DNA from: Dictyostelium discoideum
Lineage: Eukaryota
Direction: 5' to 3'
Length of the DNA: 64,000 nt
Assembly (NCBI GenBank): GCA_000004695.1
Contig: CM000154.2
Location: 2,944,001 to 3,008,000, forward strand
This document shows positions 40,110-53,794 of the stretch, in pieces (within the stretch, counting starts at the first letter, position 1; the number at the start of each line of letters is the position of its first letter). The notes beneath the pieces were generated by a model that was given only the letters and a program-made list of their open reading frames with translations, was not told the DNA's origin and did no database searches. The position numbers were made by a program, and so were the translations under genes.

Positions 40110-41612
40110 TTATTGTTCAAGTTTTCTTTTATTTTTAAAACTAGAAGATGAAAAATATTTTTCAGTTTTATTATCTTGTTCACGTATATTTTGAGTAATA
40201 GAAAGTTGTAAGCCTTGTACAGGAGTAATGGCAACACTTGCAAGACCACTAGTTGAAGCAGAAGTCATAGAACCACCATAATTTTTTTGTTCCAATTTCT
40301 TTTTCTTTAGGATACCTCTTTCTTGAGCAACCAGTCTTACTTTACCACTTTCACCACCAATCATACCTAAACCAATACCACTTTCACCTATAGTTTTCTC
40401 TTCAACACCAAAGGACATACGATTTTTAGCTTTTTGAAAATCGGTGACACCATATTTCTGTTTGTATAGTCTAGCCTTTTTACCACCTCTCTTGGTTCTC
40501 TTACCCTCTTCAGGGGCAGGTAGTGCTTTATCTTGTTTTTGAGGTGGTGGTTCTTGCCATTTCTCAATTTTAGCTAAAATTTCATCACGATATTGTCTAC
40601 CTGTTTCACCATAGAATGATGAATCTTGTTGAGCATCAACTCTTGCAGCAATCGATACTCTACCAGTTAGAGTACGTAATGCTTTAACTTGTAAGAATGG
40701 TGGTGCTTTCTTTACAATATCACATTGTGAAATTAAACCCATTTGAAACTTTCTATTTGACATACCACTAAAACCTGCCAATGCTTTCTTATCAGCACCT
40801 AATGTTTGTAAATGACCAGCTGGAATATTTGCTAATTGTTGAATTGAACCTGCTATACCAATTAATTTAGATGCTATACTACTTCCCATCAATACTGATA
40901 AATTTGGTGCTATATAAGTCATTCTACTCTCTAAATAATGTAATATATTTTTTTTATGTAAATCTAATTCTAAACCCATATCACATGCATCAATTACTCT
41001 CATTAATTCTTCTTGTGTTAAATTTTTACCTGCTGTTGATGATAATGTTACTAATAATACCATAATTGTTGATTTTGGTAATAAATCATTTAATTGAACA
41101 TTAATTAAATCCTACATATATGTGTGTGTGAATATTCATCAAAAAAAAAAAAAAAATATTAATAAAAATAAACATAAAATAAAAATGAATAATAAAATAA
41201 TAAAGATATGTATGGGGGGTAAGTAACTTACATTTTCATTTTTAATTCTTTTAACACAATTTATATAATCTAATGGATTTTGAACGGAACTTTCTAATTC
41301 AGGGAATTTTTTTGAATATCTTTCACGAACAAATTTATGAATTAAATAAATTTCATGTTGAATCTCTTGAGCCATTTGATTACATTCAACGATTAATTTA
41401 TGTTCTTCAGAATCTTGACCTGTTTTAACACCTTTTTCAGGTAAACTCTTTATCATTTGATTTTTTACACGAGTTAATAATGATGTTAATTTATTTGAAT
41501 TATTTAATTTTGCAATTGATTCAATTGGTGCATCTTTATGTTTATTAATTAATTCAATTTGTTTCTTTTCAATCATTTCATCTGATAACATTAAATCATC
41601 TTGATCTCCCAT
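40110..41612 (-). CDS. prpf31: Pre-mRNA-processing factor 31 (PRP31, U4/U6 snRNP; Nop domain); 2 exons
   Basis: Exon 1 is 41232-41612 (..PIESIAKLNNSNKLTSLLTRVKN..QEIQHEIYLIHKFVRERYSKKFPELESSVQNPLDYINCVKRIKNEN, donor GTAAGT). The intron is 120 bp. Exon 2 is 40110-41111 (DLINVQLNDLLPKSTIMVLLVTLSSTAGKNLTQEEL..RMTYIAPNLSVLMGSSIASKLIGIAGSIQQLANIPAGHLQTLGADKK...KWQEPPPQKQ..KRGGKKARLYKQKYG..NRMSFG...FSSSSFK). It is colinear with human PRPF31 throughout. Confidence 0.85.
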
Positions 41613-42115
41613 TAATGTATCATTATCATCATCCTTTATATTTATATTTGTAGTAGTAGTTGTAGTAGTTGTAGTAGTGGAATTTTCATTATTATTATTG
41701 TTATTATCTTCCTCACCACCAAAATCATTAATGAAATCATTTGATAAACTATTATTTTCATTACTTTTTCCTAATCCATAATCTACTAATGCATCTTCAC
41801 CATCATTAAAATCATCTAAAAATTTATTTGGTAAAGGTGACCATAAATTAATAATGGAATTCCTTCGTCCTTTTTTTTTTTTTTTTTTTTTTTTTGAAAA
41901 TTTGGAAATTTAAAATGGAAAAAAAAAAAAATGAAAAAAAAAAAATAAAAAAAAAAAGGTTGTCCTTTGTGGAAAATTCTGTTTAGAAAAAAAAAAAAAA
42001 ACAAAAAATTAATCTATTTTTATTTTTATTTTATTTAAATTTAATTTATTAATTTATTATTTATAAATTGGTTATTTTGAAACAAGTAATGTTTTTATAT
42101 TAATGAAAAATTGAA

Positions 42116-43709
42116 TTATCTTTTTATACTACTTGAAATATCATCATGATCATCAATTATCATTTGATCATCACAATCATTATCATCATTATGTGATGAA
42201 ATTAAATTTAAAAATAAATCATCTGAAATATATTCTTCATCGAGTTGTTTTTGTATGAATTGATTAACCAATACTGCACTATTATTTATATTATTATTAT
42301 TATTATTATTATTTATATTATCACAATTATTGTTAATATCACTAAACCCACTAGATCCACCACAACTACCAATATTATTGGTATTATTTATTATTTCTAT
42401 TTCACAATTTTTATAATTATTATCATTTGATTTTATTGTTAAATCATCAGCACCATCCATTTCAATACATTTATTACCATTTAAATCATTATTTCCATTT
42501 TTTTCATTTTTTAATTGACTAACTTCAATTTTTTCACATTTTTCATTTTCATTTTTATTTTCATTTTCATTTTCTTTATTAATTTTTTTTAGTTTTATTT
42601 GTTTTTTATTATCTCTTTCTTGAGAAATTTGTAATGGTGATTGTGGATGATTGTGTGATAGAAATTCACCCATTTCAATTTTTTCAACAATACAACTACT
42701 ATCATCAGTATCATCAGTATCATCAGTATCGCCATCACCATCATTCAATACTAAACCTTGATAATTACCATTAATAATACACCCATTGAAATTAGTTTTT
42801 GATGATCCTTTAATTGATTTCAATGTTTCTTCAACCATATCATGTTGATTTATAGTATGGAAAATATTATCAAATAAACTTCCAACCTCAACCCTTTCAA
42901 CTAATAATGGTTGAGAATTAATTGCAATCACTCTATAAAAATCATATGGATATGCATAAACATGTACAATTGATACTATAAATAATTCAAATGTTGTTAA
43001 AGTTATCTTTTAAAAAAAAATTAAAATAAATTAGTATTATATAATTTATTAATTAATTAAAATATTTAATCCAAAAAAATATTTAATATATACAAACATT
43101 TATTAAATCCAAAAGTTCAGAAGCTTTAATATCATTTAAATCTGGAATAAAATTTAATTTATTTATTAACATGAAAACTATACTTTGCCAAAAACAAAAT
43201 CCTAAAACTATTTTAATTGATAAAAATTTTAAAATCGGTTTATAAGGTAATAATAAACTATAGGTAACTTTTAAAAATAATAAAATCGCTGATAATGCTA
43301 AACCAACTGATACAAATTGAACCATAATTTTATAAGGATAAAATTTATTAAATTGTGAAAAACTATTACCATACAAATTAAATTGTATTAATGCAATTGC
43401 AATTAATGTTAATAATGGTTTTACAACAATATATTGAAAAACTGATAATCTACAATAATATAAAAAGTTTCTATAATTAAAAATAAAAAACAAATATATA
43501 TATTAATAATTTGATTATTTAAATTTAGTATATAATATAAATATTTACTGATTTGGTTTATATTTTAAATCTGATAAATAAAGAATTTTAATCTCAAATA
43601 TTGAGATTGGTTCATGAACTACAAAGTGATTTATTAAATTTTCATCACCACCAGCATAACATGTTAATAATGCAAAAAATACATAAATTACATATGCTTC
43701 ATACCTATG

Positions 43710-43766
<57 letters not shown>

Positions 43767-44091
43767 GTATTAAATAAATTAATTAAGGAATTTTTAAAAA
43801 TTGTTTAAAAAAAAATACATACAAATCTCTAGCTAATTCTAAATAAATTTTATAATTAATAGTTAAAACTGTACAAAGTGTTAAAATTGAATATAATGGT
43901 ATCATAAAAATAATTCTAATGATATATCTTTGATGATCAGGTTTTGAATAAAATTTAAAATGTTTCAACATTAAATGAAATGATATTACAAATGTTAATA
44001 AACAAAAAATTGATGAAACTGAAAAAAAAGATGTTACAAAAGGATTATAAAATAATCCTCCTATTTTATCTTCATTTTCATTACCATTCAT
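42116..44091 (-). CDS. TMEM184 / Ost-alpha family (DUF300) multipass transporter-like protein with a long Asn/Asp-rich C-terminal tail; 4 exons
   Basis: Exons (minus): 43823-44091 (..HLMLKHFKFYSKPDHQRYIIRIIFMIPLYSILTL..ELARDL), 43549-43704 (YEAYVIYVFFALLTCYAGGDENLINHFVVHEP..), 43098-43470 (..LPYKPILKFLSIKIVLGFCFWQSIVFMLI..LLDLIN) and 42116-43006 (ITLTTFELFIVSIVHVYAYPYDFY.., then the tail). Introns are 118, 78 and 91 bp. The third donor is the unusual GTTTGT, which is required for frame and for the conserved FxE...HxYAY motif. Confidence 0.7.
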
Positions 44092-45529
44092 TTATTTATT
44101 TACTACTATATTATTTATTATTATTATTACTTTTATTATTGTAATTATTATTTAAATAAAAAAAAAATTTTATTCAATGGACAAAAAATTGATTACTACT
44201 TTTTTTTTTTTTTTTTTATTTATTTATTATTATTATTATTTTTATAATTTTTATTATTATTATTATTATTATTATTTGTTATTATTTTTTTTTATTATTT
44301 ACCACTATTTGAAAATCATGATAATGTTTGTAAATTATAATTGGTACTCCTAGTATATTAGGATGTGTTTATTTTTTTTTTGTGTAATATTTGTTTTTGT
44401 TTTTGAGGGAAGCTTTAATATATATTGGAATGTTGCTCAACATTCAAAAAAAAAAAAAAAAAAATTTAATTAAGTTTTTAGCTTTTGTTTTCATGTAACC
44501 ATCTATCAAAATGTTTTGATAATGAGTTAAGATTAGGAAATTTATTTGTATTTTTGGTAGAATTAGGAAATTTTATTTAGTGTGTTGTGGTACTACTGTG
44601 TGGTTATTATAGTCTTTTTTTTAATTTTTTAATTTTTATTTTTTTTGTGGTAATAGAAGTTTATTATTTAATTGTGGTGCGGAGTAGTGTTGTTGTTGCA
44701 ATAAAGTGTTATTTAGGTTTAGAAAAAAACAAAAAAGAACAAAAAAAAAAAAAAACAAAGCAAAACACGGGACTGTGGTTATTAATATTGAAAATAAATT
44801 AATTTTTTTTTTTTTTTTTTTTCTTTTAAATAATTTTTTTTTTTTTTTTAGGATATGTGTCCTTCTAACTAAAATTAATATGTTGTGATTCAAACCAGGA
44901 AAAATTTCATTTCACTGTTTTAAAAAAAAAAAAAAAATAAAATAAAAAATAAAATAAAAAATAAAAACAAAAAACAAAAAACTAAAAAAAAAAAAAAAAA
45001 TTAAAAAAATAAAATTTTACTGTTTCAAATAAAATGTCAAAAATGTCATAACCATTCGTGCAAATGATGAAGTTATACGAAAATCAGTGAGAAATAAATT
45101 TTCTTTAAAAAATTTTATTTTGGCTATTTTTTTAATTTTTGTTTTTAGGAAAAGAACTTTTGATAAATAAACAAATAAATTAATAAATATATTAATTATT
45201 GTTAATTAATTATAACAAAATAAAAATAATATAAAATAAAAAAATTGAATATTAATTTTTTTTTTTTTTTTTTTTTTCCCAAAACAATTTTTTAAAATAA
45301 ATATTTATAAAAACATATTTAAAATTTAACCAATAAAGTTAAGTTGATGTGGATTTACTTGAAAAATAAAAAAGAAAAATAAAAAAATAAAAAAAAATAT
45401 TCCATTATTTTTTTTTTTAAACTTTTATTTATGTATTTATTTTGTTTTTTTTTATTTTTTTTTTTTTTTATTTATTTATTTATTTATTTATTTATTTTAT
45501 TTATTTTTTTATTATTATTATTTTTAAAT

Positions 45530-47117
45530 TTAATTTAATTCAACAAAGAATGGAGAACCTTTAATAGGTAAACCATCAGAAGTAATATTTAAAGAGTAAC
45601 TACCAGTTTGAGGAGAATTAAAGAAAACTGTATAGGTACCAGGTTTAGTTTGTTTATTATCTTTAACGATACATTCAATTGATTTAAAGAATAATGAACT
45701 TCTCATTGGGAAAGGTTGTGGAGAATTGGTTGGAATTGTAGTTGATTCATCAGGTGCACCAATACCAATTGGAACAGCACCATCATCAACTTTATTATTT
45801 GTACCATTTAATAACATTTGTACTTTAAATTCATCACCACCACTAACTCTTGGTTGATTATCATAATCAAAAGCATTAATAATGAATTGATTTGGTGCCA
45901 TTGCTTTTAATTCACTACCTAAATCTGAAATTGTACAATTTGGACCATAACATTTCATATATGGTTTAAGATTTCTTAAAAATGTTGGTATACCTTCTTT
46001 AATCCATTCGCCTAATGGATACTTTATAATAATAATAATAAAAAATTAATATATATATTTTTTTTAAATAATAATAATAATAATAAATAAATTAATAAAA
46101 AAAAGACCTTACTTCTAATGGATTTGGTATTAAAATTATATCAATTGATGGATTTAATAAGAATAATTCACCAGGTATTTTAGTTAATTGATTTTGACCT
46201 AATAATAATCTTCTTAAATTTTTACACCAACCAATTTGTTTTGGTACTTGGGTGAAAGCACCATTTGATAAATCTAAAATTCTAATTGTATTTAAAATTG
46301 AACAAAGACTTGTGCATGTTAATTGACCAAATTGAGGGATTCTATTCTCTGATAGATAAATCTCTTGAAGGTTAGTTAATTGTGAAAGATCGAAATCAAA
46401 TGAAGTCAATGAACAATTACTGAAATTGATGCTAATTAATTTTGAAAGTGTTGTGAAATTGTTGCTTAACGTGCCAAGATTATTGCCAGATAATGATAAA
46501 GTCTCCAAATTGATCAATGTTGCAATTGGTGTTGGAAACGATGTGAATACATTATCCGAGATATTCAACTCAACCAATGTGCCTGCCAAATGCGAGATCT
46601 CGTCAGGGAGATAATTCAAACGGTTGCCTGCCAAATTCAATATTCTCAAGGTACGCAACTCCAATATCTCTGTGGGGAAAATGCTCACCTTATTATGAGT
46701 GTATATCAACTCCTGCAATGCTGGCAATAAAATAGTTGCGTTTCCAAATGACTGGATTGAATTATACGAGATATTCAACGTGATCAACGCCTTCAAATTA
46801 TTTGGTACAATTGATAAAATATTATTTGAAACATCCAAGTAGGTTAAATACTCAAGTTTTGATAATTGAGGACACGTCTCTTTAAGTTCATTAGATTCTG
46901 CAATCAATGTTTCCAAATATAAAAACTTTTCAATTTGACCATAAAACTCTTGAATTGTATTCTTTCCAACATTTAATTTCTTTAAAGTTTTCTTAAATCT
47001 TAATATTCTTTTTGGTATTCTTTTACTATTACATTGTGATAAATTTAAATCTGTACCACCATTCTCTTTACATAAAAAGATTCTATCTTTTGCTTTTTGT
47101 GATATATTATTACCCAT
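45530..47117 (-). CDS. N-myristoylation-motif leucine-rich-repeat protein with a C-terminal filamin/ABP280-type Ig repeat; 2 exons
   Basis: Exon 1 is 46113-47117 (MGNNISQKAK.., about 12 LRRs of the LxxLxLxxNxL type: LTYLDVSNNILSIVP.., LRILNLAGNRLNYLP.., donor GTAAGG). The intron is 91 bp. Exon 2 is 45530-46021 (YPLGEWIKEGIPTFLRNLKPYMKCYGPNCTISDLGSELKAMAPNQFIINAFDYDNQPRVSGGDEFKVQM...GTYTVFFNSPQTGSYSLNITSDGLPIKGSPFFVEL), in frame. Confidence 0.7.
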
Positions 47118-47567
47118 AATTTTTAAGATTTTTTTTTTTTTTAAGATTTTTTTTTTTTTTCAAGATTTTTATTTTTTTATTTTTTTTAGTTATTAATTAA
47201 TTTTTCAAAACCAAAAAAAAAAAAATATGATTTTATATTAATTTAACTATTAATGGTTGTTATAATATTATTGAAGATGAAAATTATTATTATTATGAAC
47301 TAAAAATACAATGTGATAACTTTTTTTTTTTTTTTTTTTTTTTCAGTTTTTTTTTTTTTGAATTATTTTTATTTTTATTTTTGTATTTTTGTATTTTTTT
47401 TGTATTTTATTATTGTTTTTTATTTTTGTTTTTATTTTTATTTTTATTATGTTTTATTATGTTTTTTTTTAATTTTTTTATTAGTTGTTAATGATATACA
47501 AGTGGGGGTGTGTGTGTCTATTTATGTTACAAAATTAGTGATACAAAATAAAAATAGTTTATAAATT

Positions 47568-47604
<37 letters not shown>

Positions 47605-48156
47605 GATTTATTTTTTATTTTTTCTATTTTTTTTTTTTCAGTTACGGATGATTTTTATTTGAAAAAAAAAAAAAAAAAAAAAAATATAAAAAACAGATTG
47701 GAAATGATGCAAAGTTTGGATTTTTTTTATATGGAACACACAAAAAAACACTTTAATTTTTTTTTTTTTTTTTTTTTTTTCCTTTTTTTTTTTTTTATTT
47801 TTTTTCAGGATTGAATTATTTATTTTCTGATTTAATTATTTTTTTTGGATAAAATTATTTATTTTTATTATCTAATTCTATAATAATGAGCCTAAACTAA
47901 AAAAAACAATTGTAGACTATGACCTTTCCAAATACTTTTAAAATAATTATAAAAACAGATAAAATAAAAATAAATAATTTAACCCAAAAAAAAAAAAAAA
48001 AAAAAAAAAAAGATGGACACATCGGAGATTGAAAGTTTTTTTAAAAAAAAAATAAATAAAAAAATTAAAAAAAATTAAATAATTAAAAAATATATGTTGA
48101 ACATATTGGAGATAGGAGGTTATTAAAAAAAAAAAATTATTTGTAATAATAAAATT

Positions 48157-48166
48157 TTATTTTTTT

Positions 48167-48255
<89 letters not shown>

Positions 48256-51200
48256 GGAAGTAGTGGTTGTGGCAGTGGTAGAAGTGGTGGTACTGGTGGT
48301 TGTGCTACTATTATTATTATTATTATCCTTATCTTTATAATTTTCTTTTAATTCATTTGCTTTTTCTTTTGCTTTCTCTTTTCTTTCTTTTTTCTCTTTC
48401 TTTTGAGCTTGTAATAAATTTGGAGCATGTAATCTAACATCAGCCAACATATTTGAGGTTAAATCTTCATCTTTAACATGTTTAATCAATTCCTTTTCAC
48501 GTTTAGTCAATTGTGGATTTGTTAAGATTACTTGAGCTGCTTGTTTTGCAGCTTTACCTCTCTTTAAGTGACCTGGTGTTAATTTCACTTTGAATTTATA
48601 ATTGTTGAATACTGAATAGGGTGCGACCACTGGAATTGCAAAATGAAGAATATCATCATCTCTTGGTTGACCTGTTAATGTATCAATATTTGTAATATCT
48701 TTTTGATCATCAACTGCTTTTGATGAATTCTCCTCCTCCAATAATCTTTTAATCTCTTGTTCTTCTTTAATCTTATCTTCTCTTTTTTCTTTTCTTGATT
48801 TTCTTTTTTCTTTTTTCTCTTCACTTTCCTCACCTTCACCTTCACTCTCACTTTCACTTTCTGATGATTCTTCTTCTTCTTTATCTTCTTTTTCTTCTTC
48901 TTCTTCACTATCACTTTCTTTTTCTTCAACTTTTGGTTGTGATTTTTCAGTTGTTGTTGTTGTTGTTGTTGTGGTGGTTGCTGTTGTAGTTGTTTGGTTT
49001 GTAGTGGTTGGAGTTGGTTTTTTATTTTGGTCTTCTTTTAATTTAATAATTTCTTCAACTTTTTGTTTATCAGCAACAACATTTGAATTTATTGGTTTTT
49101 TATCTTTATTATCTTTATTATTATTATTATTATTTGTTGATTTACCACCTTTTTTACCTTTTTTATCTTTTTTCTTATTTTCTTTTTTAGAACCAGCTGA
49201 ACCTAAAATTTCCATTCTTTCCTGTCTTTCCTCTTCATCTTGATGACCATATTTCTCTTTAATCTTTTTCAATTTATTCTTTTGACTTGGTAATAAATGT
49301 TTTTGAGGTTCAGATTTAACTTTTTCTTCAGATTTGGTTTCTTGTTTCTTTTTCTCTTTTTCATCTTTTTCCTTTTTCAATTGTTGTTCTAATTGTGCTG
49401 CTTCTTCTAATGAAATACCTTCTTTTTTCATTAATTTTCTTTGATGAGCTGATACATAACCTTTTGTTCTACCTTCTTCTTTTTTATTTTCTTCATCATC
49501 TTCATCATCATCTTCATCATCATCATCTTCATCATCTTTAAAGCTACTAACTAATTGAATTTTATATTTATTTGTTGTTGTTGTTGTTTGTGGTTTAATT
49601 GGTGATGTAGTAGTAGTAGTAGTAGTAGTAGTTGTAGTAGTAGTAGTTGAATCATTATTTTGATCTTTTAATGATAATTTTTCTAATTCTTCTAATTCTT
49701 TTTGTTCTTTTTGTTCTTTTTTTAATTTAGTTCTTTCAAATTTTCTTAAATGTTTTTCAGCATTTTCACTTGATTCAATGGTACCATCCTCTGTGGTAGT
49801 ATTGGTTGAATCGGAAGTTGTTAATAAACGATCATCACCTTCACCATAAATTGGTTTTCTTTCATTTAAATGATTACCAAGACAAGAATCATCAATTTTG
49901 AACATGAAACCAAAACCCATAACCAATTGAGAATGTGGTAAATAATTCTTTTTACCTCTGATCATGAAACTACCAGTGGTAAGGAATTCACCGGATGGAG
50001 CAGTTTTTGAGACTTGATGACTATAGACCCAATAAGCACTAGTGACAACTTTAGCAGACCAAGCATTACTATAACACATTGTCATTGTACCAGCTTGAAT
50101 TAAAGTATTTGGTGGTATTTCACCACCATTTGGATTTTTAATAACGCAAGATGTTGAACCGAAAATATCGGCATGTACATAGATATCATCCTTTTCCAAA
50201 TACTTTTTATAGAGTAACTCATTCTGTTGAGCATCTCTACCACTCACAACGATATAATTATCAGAACTAATGAACCAATGAAACTTTTCAAACCAAAATA
50301 TCTTTCTCATTGCAATCATCGAATTCTTTGATTTAGTCTCTGATAACTGTTGACGAGTTTTCTTTTCAGCAGCTTTCAATGCAAATTCAGCTTGTGATAT
50401 AGTTTTTTGTGCTTTCTCATGTGATTGTTTCTTTGTATCATAATATTTTCTAGCATTTGCAAATGCTGATAAACTAATATCAACATCAATTAAATTTGGT
50501 TTTTGATTTGATGTTTTTGATTTCTTTATTGATTTTTTTGTATTTTGATCTTCTTCATCTGATTCTTCATCAGATTCTTCATCGTCATCATCGTCGTCAC
50601 CATCATTATCATCATATAAGAAATTATCAGTTAATGATAAAGTAATTTGATTTGATTCTAATTTTAAACGATGAATTTTTGTTGCTACAGAATATGGATT
50701 CTTTTTCTTTTCTTCTTTTAATAATTGGTTCAAAGTTTCCCAATCCATTGATGAGGCTACACCCGATCTAATGATTAGAATACATTGATCAACTTCTTGA
50801 AGATTTGCTTCAATCAATTGTGCTTTTCTAATATTTTCAACTTCATTTGCAAATAAACTATCGATTCTTCTTTGTTGATCCTCTTTAACTTTATCCAATT
50901 TCTTTAAGACGACTTGTTCTTGAGCGATTCTTTGTTGTTCAACTTTTTGTGATTCAATCTCTGAAAAGAATTGATCGACTGCTGCATCAAATGATTCAAA
51001 TTCAATAAATTTCTTTAATTCATATTGTTTATATAAATATGGTACAAATTCTTCATAAATTACCATTTCTTTTTTTTCTTCTAAATTATTATTATTATTA
51101 TTATTGTTATTATTATTTGATGATAAATCATTTGAAATTTTTAATGTATTTGATTGTTGTTGTTGTTGTTGTTTTTGTTGTTTTTGTTGTTGTTGTGGTT

Positions 51201-52185
51201 TTAATTGTTTTGGATCTTTTAAAACTATATAACCTTTTGATTGAATTGAATTATCAAATATTTTTTGACCTTGAATAAATGAATCTCTTAATGATTTACT
51301 AAATTTACTATGATCATATTGTTCTAACTTTGTTGATGGTTGTAAACCAGCAGATAATAAACAATGTTCAATTAATTCTGGTCCGAAATCTAATGATTTG
51401 TTAAATACTTGTTTCAAAGTTTCCTTTTTGTCTACTGTATTCTCTATGATTTGATCGATTAATGATTCTGTGAATTCAGTTGGTACTTTAACTTTATCAA
51501 TTGGATAAACATCACCAACTGCAACTGATTCATCTTGATTATATTGATGTGTACGTAAAATTGCTAAAATTCTATATTCACCATCTGTTAATATAATATT
51601 ACCAATAGAGTAAAGTTCTACTATTAAATGTTGTACTGCAACTCCTGATCCAAATGTAAAATCAACAACTCTATCAACTCCTAATTGTTTTACACTTTCC
51701 AATCTTTTTGTTTTTAAATATTTTCTTAACTATATGTATGTATGTATGTGTGTATGTATGTATATTTTTTTTAAAAAAATAAAATAAATAAAATAAAATA
51801 AAATAAAAAATAAAATAAAATAATAAAATAAAATAATAAAAAAAATTAAAAAAATTAAAAATTAATACAGATATTCTAAAAGAGGAATAAAATAAAATAA
51901 AAAACGTTTTTGTGAATTTTTTTTAAAAAATTTTAATAATTAAAAACTTACATTTAATGAAAATGGGGCAGGTGTATGATCACCTTTATCACGTACGAAA
52001 TTAGTACTATGAATACGAATACCAGATTCAATGATAAGATTCTTTTTACAATCAGGCTTTGAAAATTTTAATAGAAAAACTCTTGGTGAAAGGTCATATA
52101 GATTTGCTAATCTAAGACCTATTAAGGATTTTTGTAAATTTACAACTGTTGTCCTAATATCAATTGATGAAAATCTTGTTTTCAT
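48157..52185 (-). CDS. NEMF / Rqc2 / Tae2 (ribosome quality control complex subunit; NFACT domains); 2 exons
   Basis: Exon 1 is 51952-52185 ([59 protein letters not shown], donor GTAAGT). The intron is 222 bp and is (TATG)n-rich. Exon 2 is 48157-51729 (LRKYLKTKRLESVKQLGVDRVVDFTFGSG.. ..FWFEKFHWFISSDNYIVVSGRDAQQNELLYKKYLEKDDIYVHADIFGSTSCVIKN.. (NFACT-R/DUF814) ..HFAIPVVAPY.., with poly-N/T/E/K low-complexity inserts). The N-terminus aligns with human NEMF [59 protein letters not shown]. Confidence 0.85.
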
Positions 52186-53461
52186 CTTTATTTATTTTTA
52201 TATATTTTTTTTTTTTTGTAGATTTTATTTAAATAGGGAAAAGCAATATACAAAATATAAAAGTGAAAAAAAAAAAAAGTAAATGAAAATTAAAAAAAAA
52301 AAAAAATTGAAAAAAAAAAAAAAAAAAGGAAAAAAAAAAAAAAAAGGACTTTTCATTTTCAAATTTTTCTCCCCTCTCAACTTGTAAAATGCCCAGAAAA
52401 AAAAAAAATTAAAAAAAAAAAAGTTAGTTATATCATTAACTAAACGGGAAGCAATCTCCAAAATTTATTTTTGGTTGGTTAATTTTTATGGTATCATAAA
52501 AAAAAAAAAAAAAAAAAAAAATTTTTTATTAATTTCCATTTTTAACTTACTAATTACCAAATATTATTAATAGGTTGATTCATATAATCTATAAATAATT
52601 TCCAATTATTTATTTTGTTAAGAATTTTTTAAAAAAAAAAAAAAAAAAATGGTCAATCAATATTTAATAAACCTTCCCTTTGCCATCCATAAATCAAAGA
52701 TTAAAAATAAAAAAAAAAAAATAAAAAATAAAAAATAAACCAAGAAATTTTAAAAATAGCTTACAACATATGGATAAACAGAAATCTTGGTAAAAAAAAA
52801 TAATAAAAAAATAAAAAATTATTTTGGTCTTCCAAATTTCCCCCAAAAAAAACAATTTTTAATTTTTTTTTTATAATTATTTAAAAAAAAAAATAAAAAA
52901 AAATGAAAATTAAATTTTATTAAAAGATCGAAAAAAAAAGATAAAAAAAAATAATTTTAATCATTTTCTTACAATAAAAAAAAAAATTAAAAAAAATAAA
53001 ATAAAATTTTAAAAAAAAAAAAAAAAAAAAAAAAACAATTTTTGGATCTAATTTTCTAACCGTAAAAAAGGTTTTGATATACTGAAGATTATTTTTGTGG
53101 AGCACGCACATGAAAATTGACCAATTGGATTTTGAAAATAAAAACAAAAAAGGTTAAAATGTGGCTCACTATGCATTTGGTTTAAAATCTACACTCTTTT
53201 CAAATAATTTTTATTTAAAAGCTACCAACTCTTAAAAAAATCTATTAAATCTTTTATCAAAGAGGTGGCTCAGTGACTATTTAATCAATTATTAAAATCA
53301 CACTTTTTTTTTTTTCCCTAATATTTTATTTTAATTTTTTTTTTTTTTTTTTATTATAAATCAAATGAATTTTTTTATAATCAAACCAATTAAGCCATAT
53401 TAATATGTGTTGATCCAGTAAAATCATAGGATGATTTCTCTAAATTTAAAAAATCTTTAGT

Positions 53462-53508
<47 letters not shown>

Positions 53509-53749
53509 AAAATAAAAATTGTTGAACAGCAAAAACTATTCGAATTATTAAAATAAGGCTGTTTGGTGATGCCACCATATATATTAAATCTTTTTTTTAT
53601 ATATATATTTATATTATTTTATTTTATTTTATTTTTTTTTTTTTAATTTTTTTTTTCTTTTCTAAACATTTTTTTTTTATTTTTATTTTTATTTTTATTT
53701 TTATTTTTATTTTTTTATTTATTCTATTTTTATCTTTTTAAAAACAATA

Positions 53750-53760
53750 TTATTGTATAA

Positions 53761-53794
<34 letters not shown>

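Noticed and set aside
48675-49243. Short ORFs 48675-48929(-), 48795-48989(+), 48971-49243(+), 51039-51278(+)
   Set aside because: Alternative-frame readings of the K/E-, T- and N-rich low-complexity inserts of the NEMF exon.
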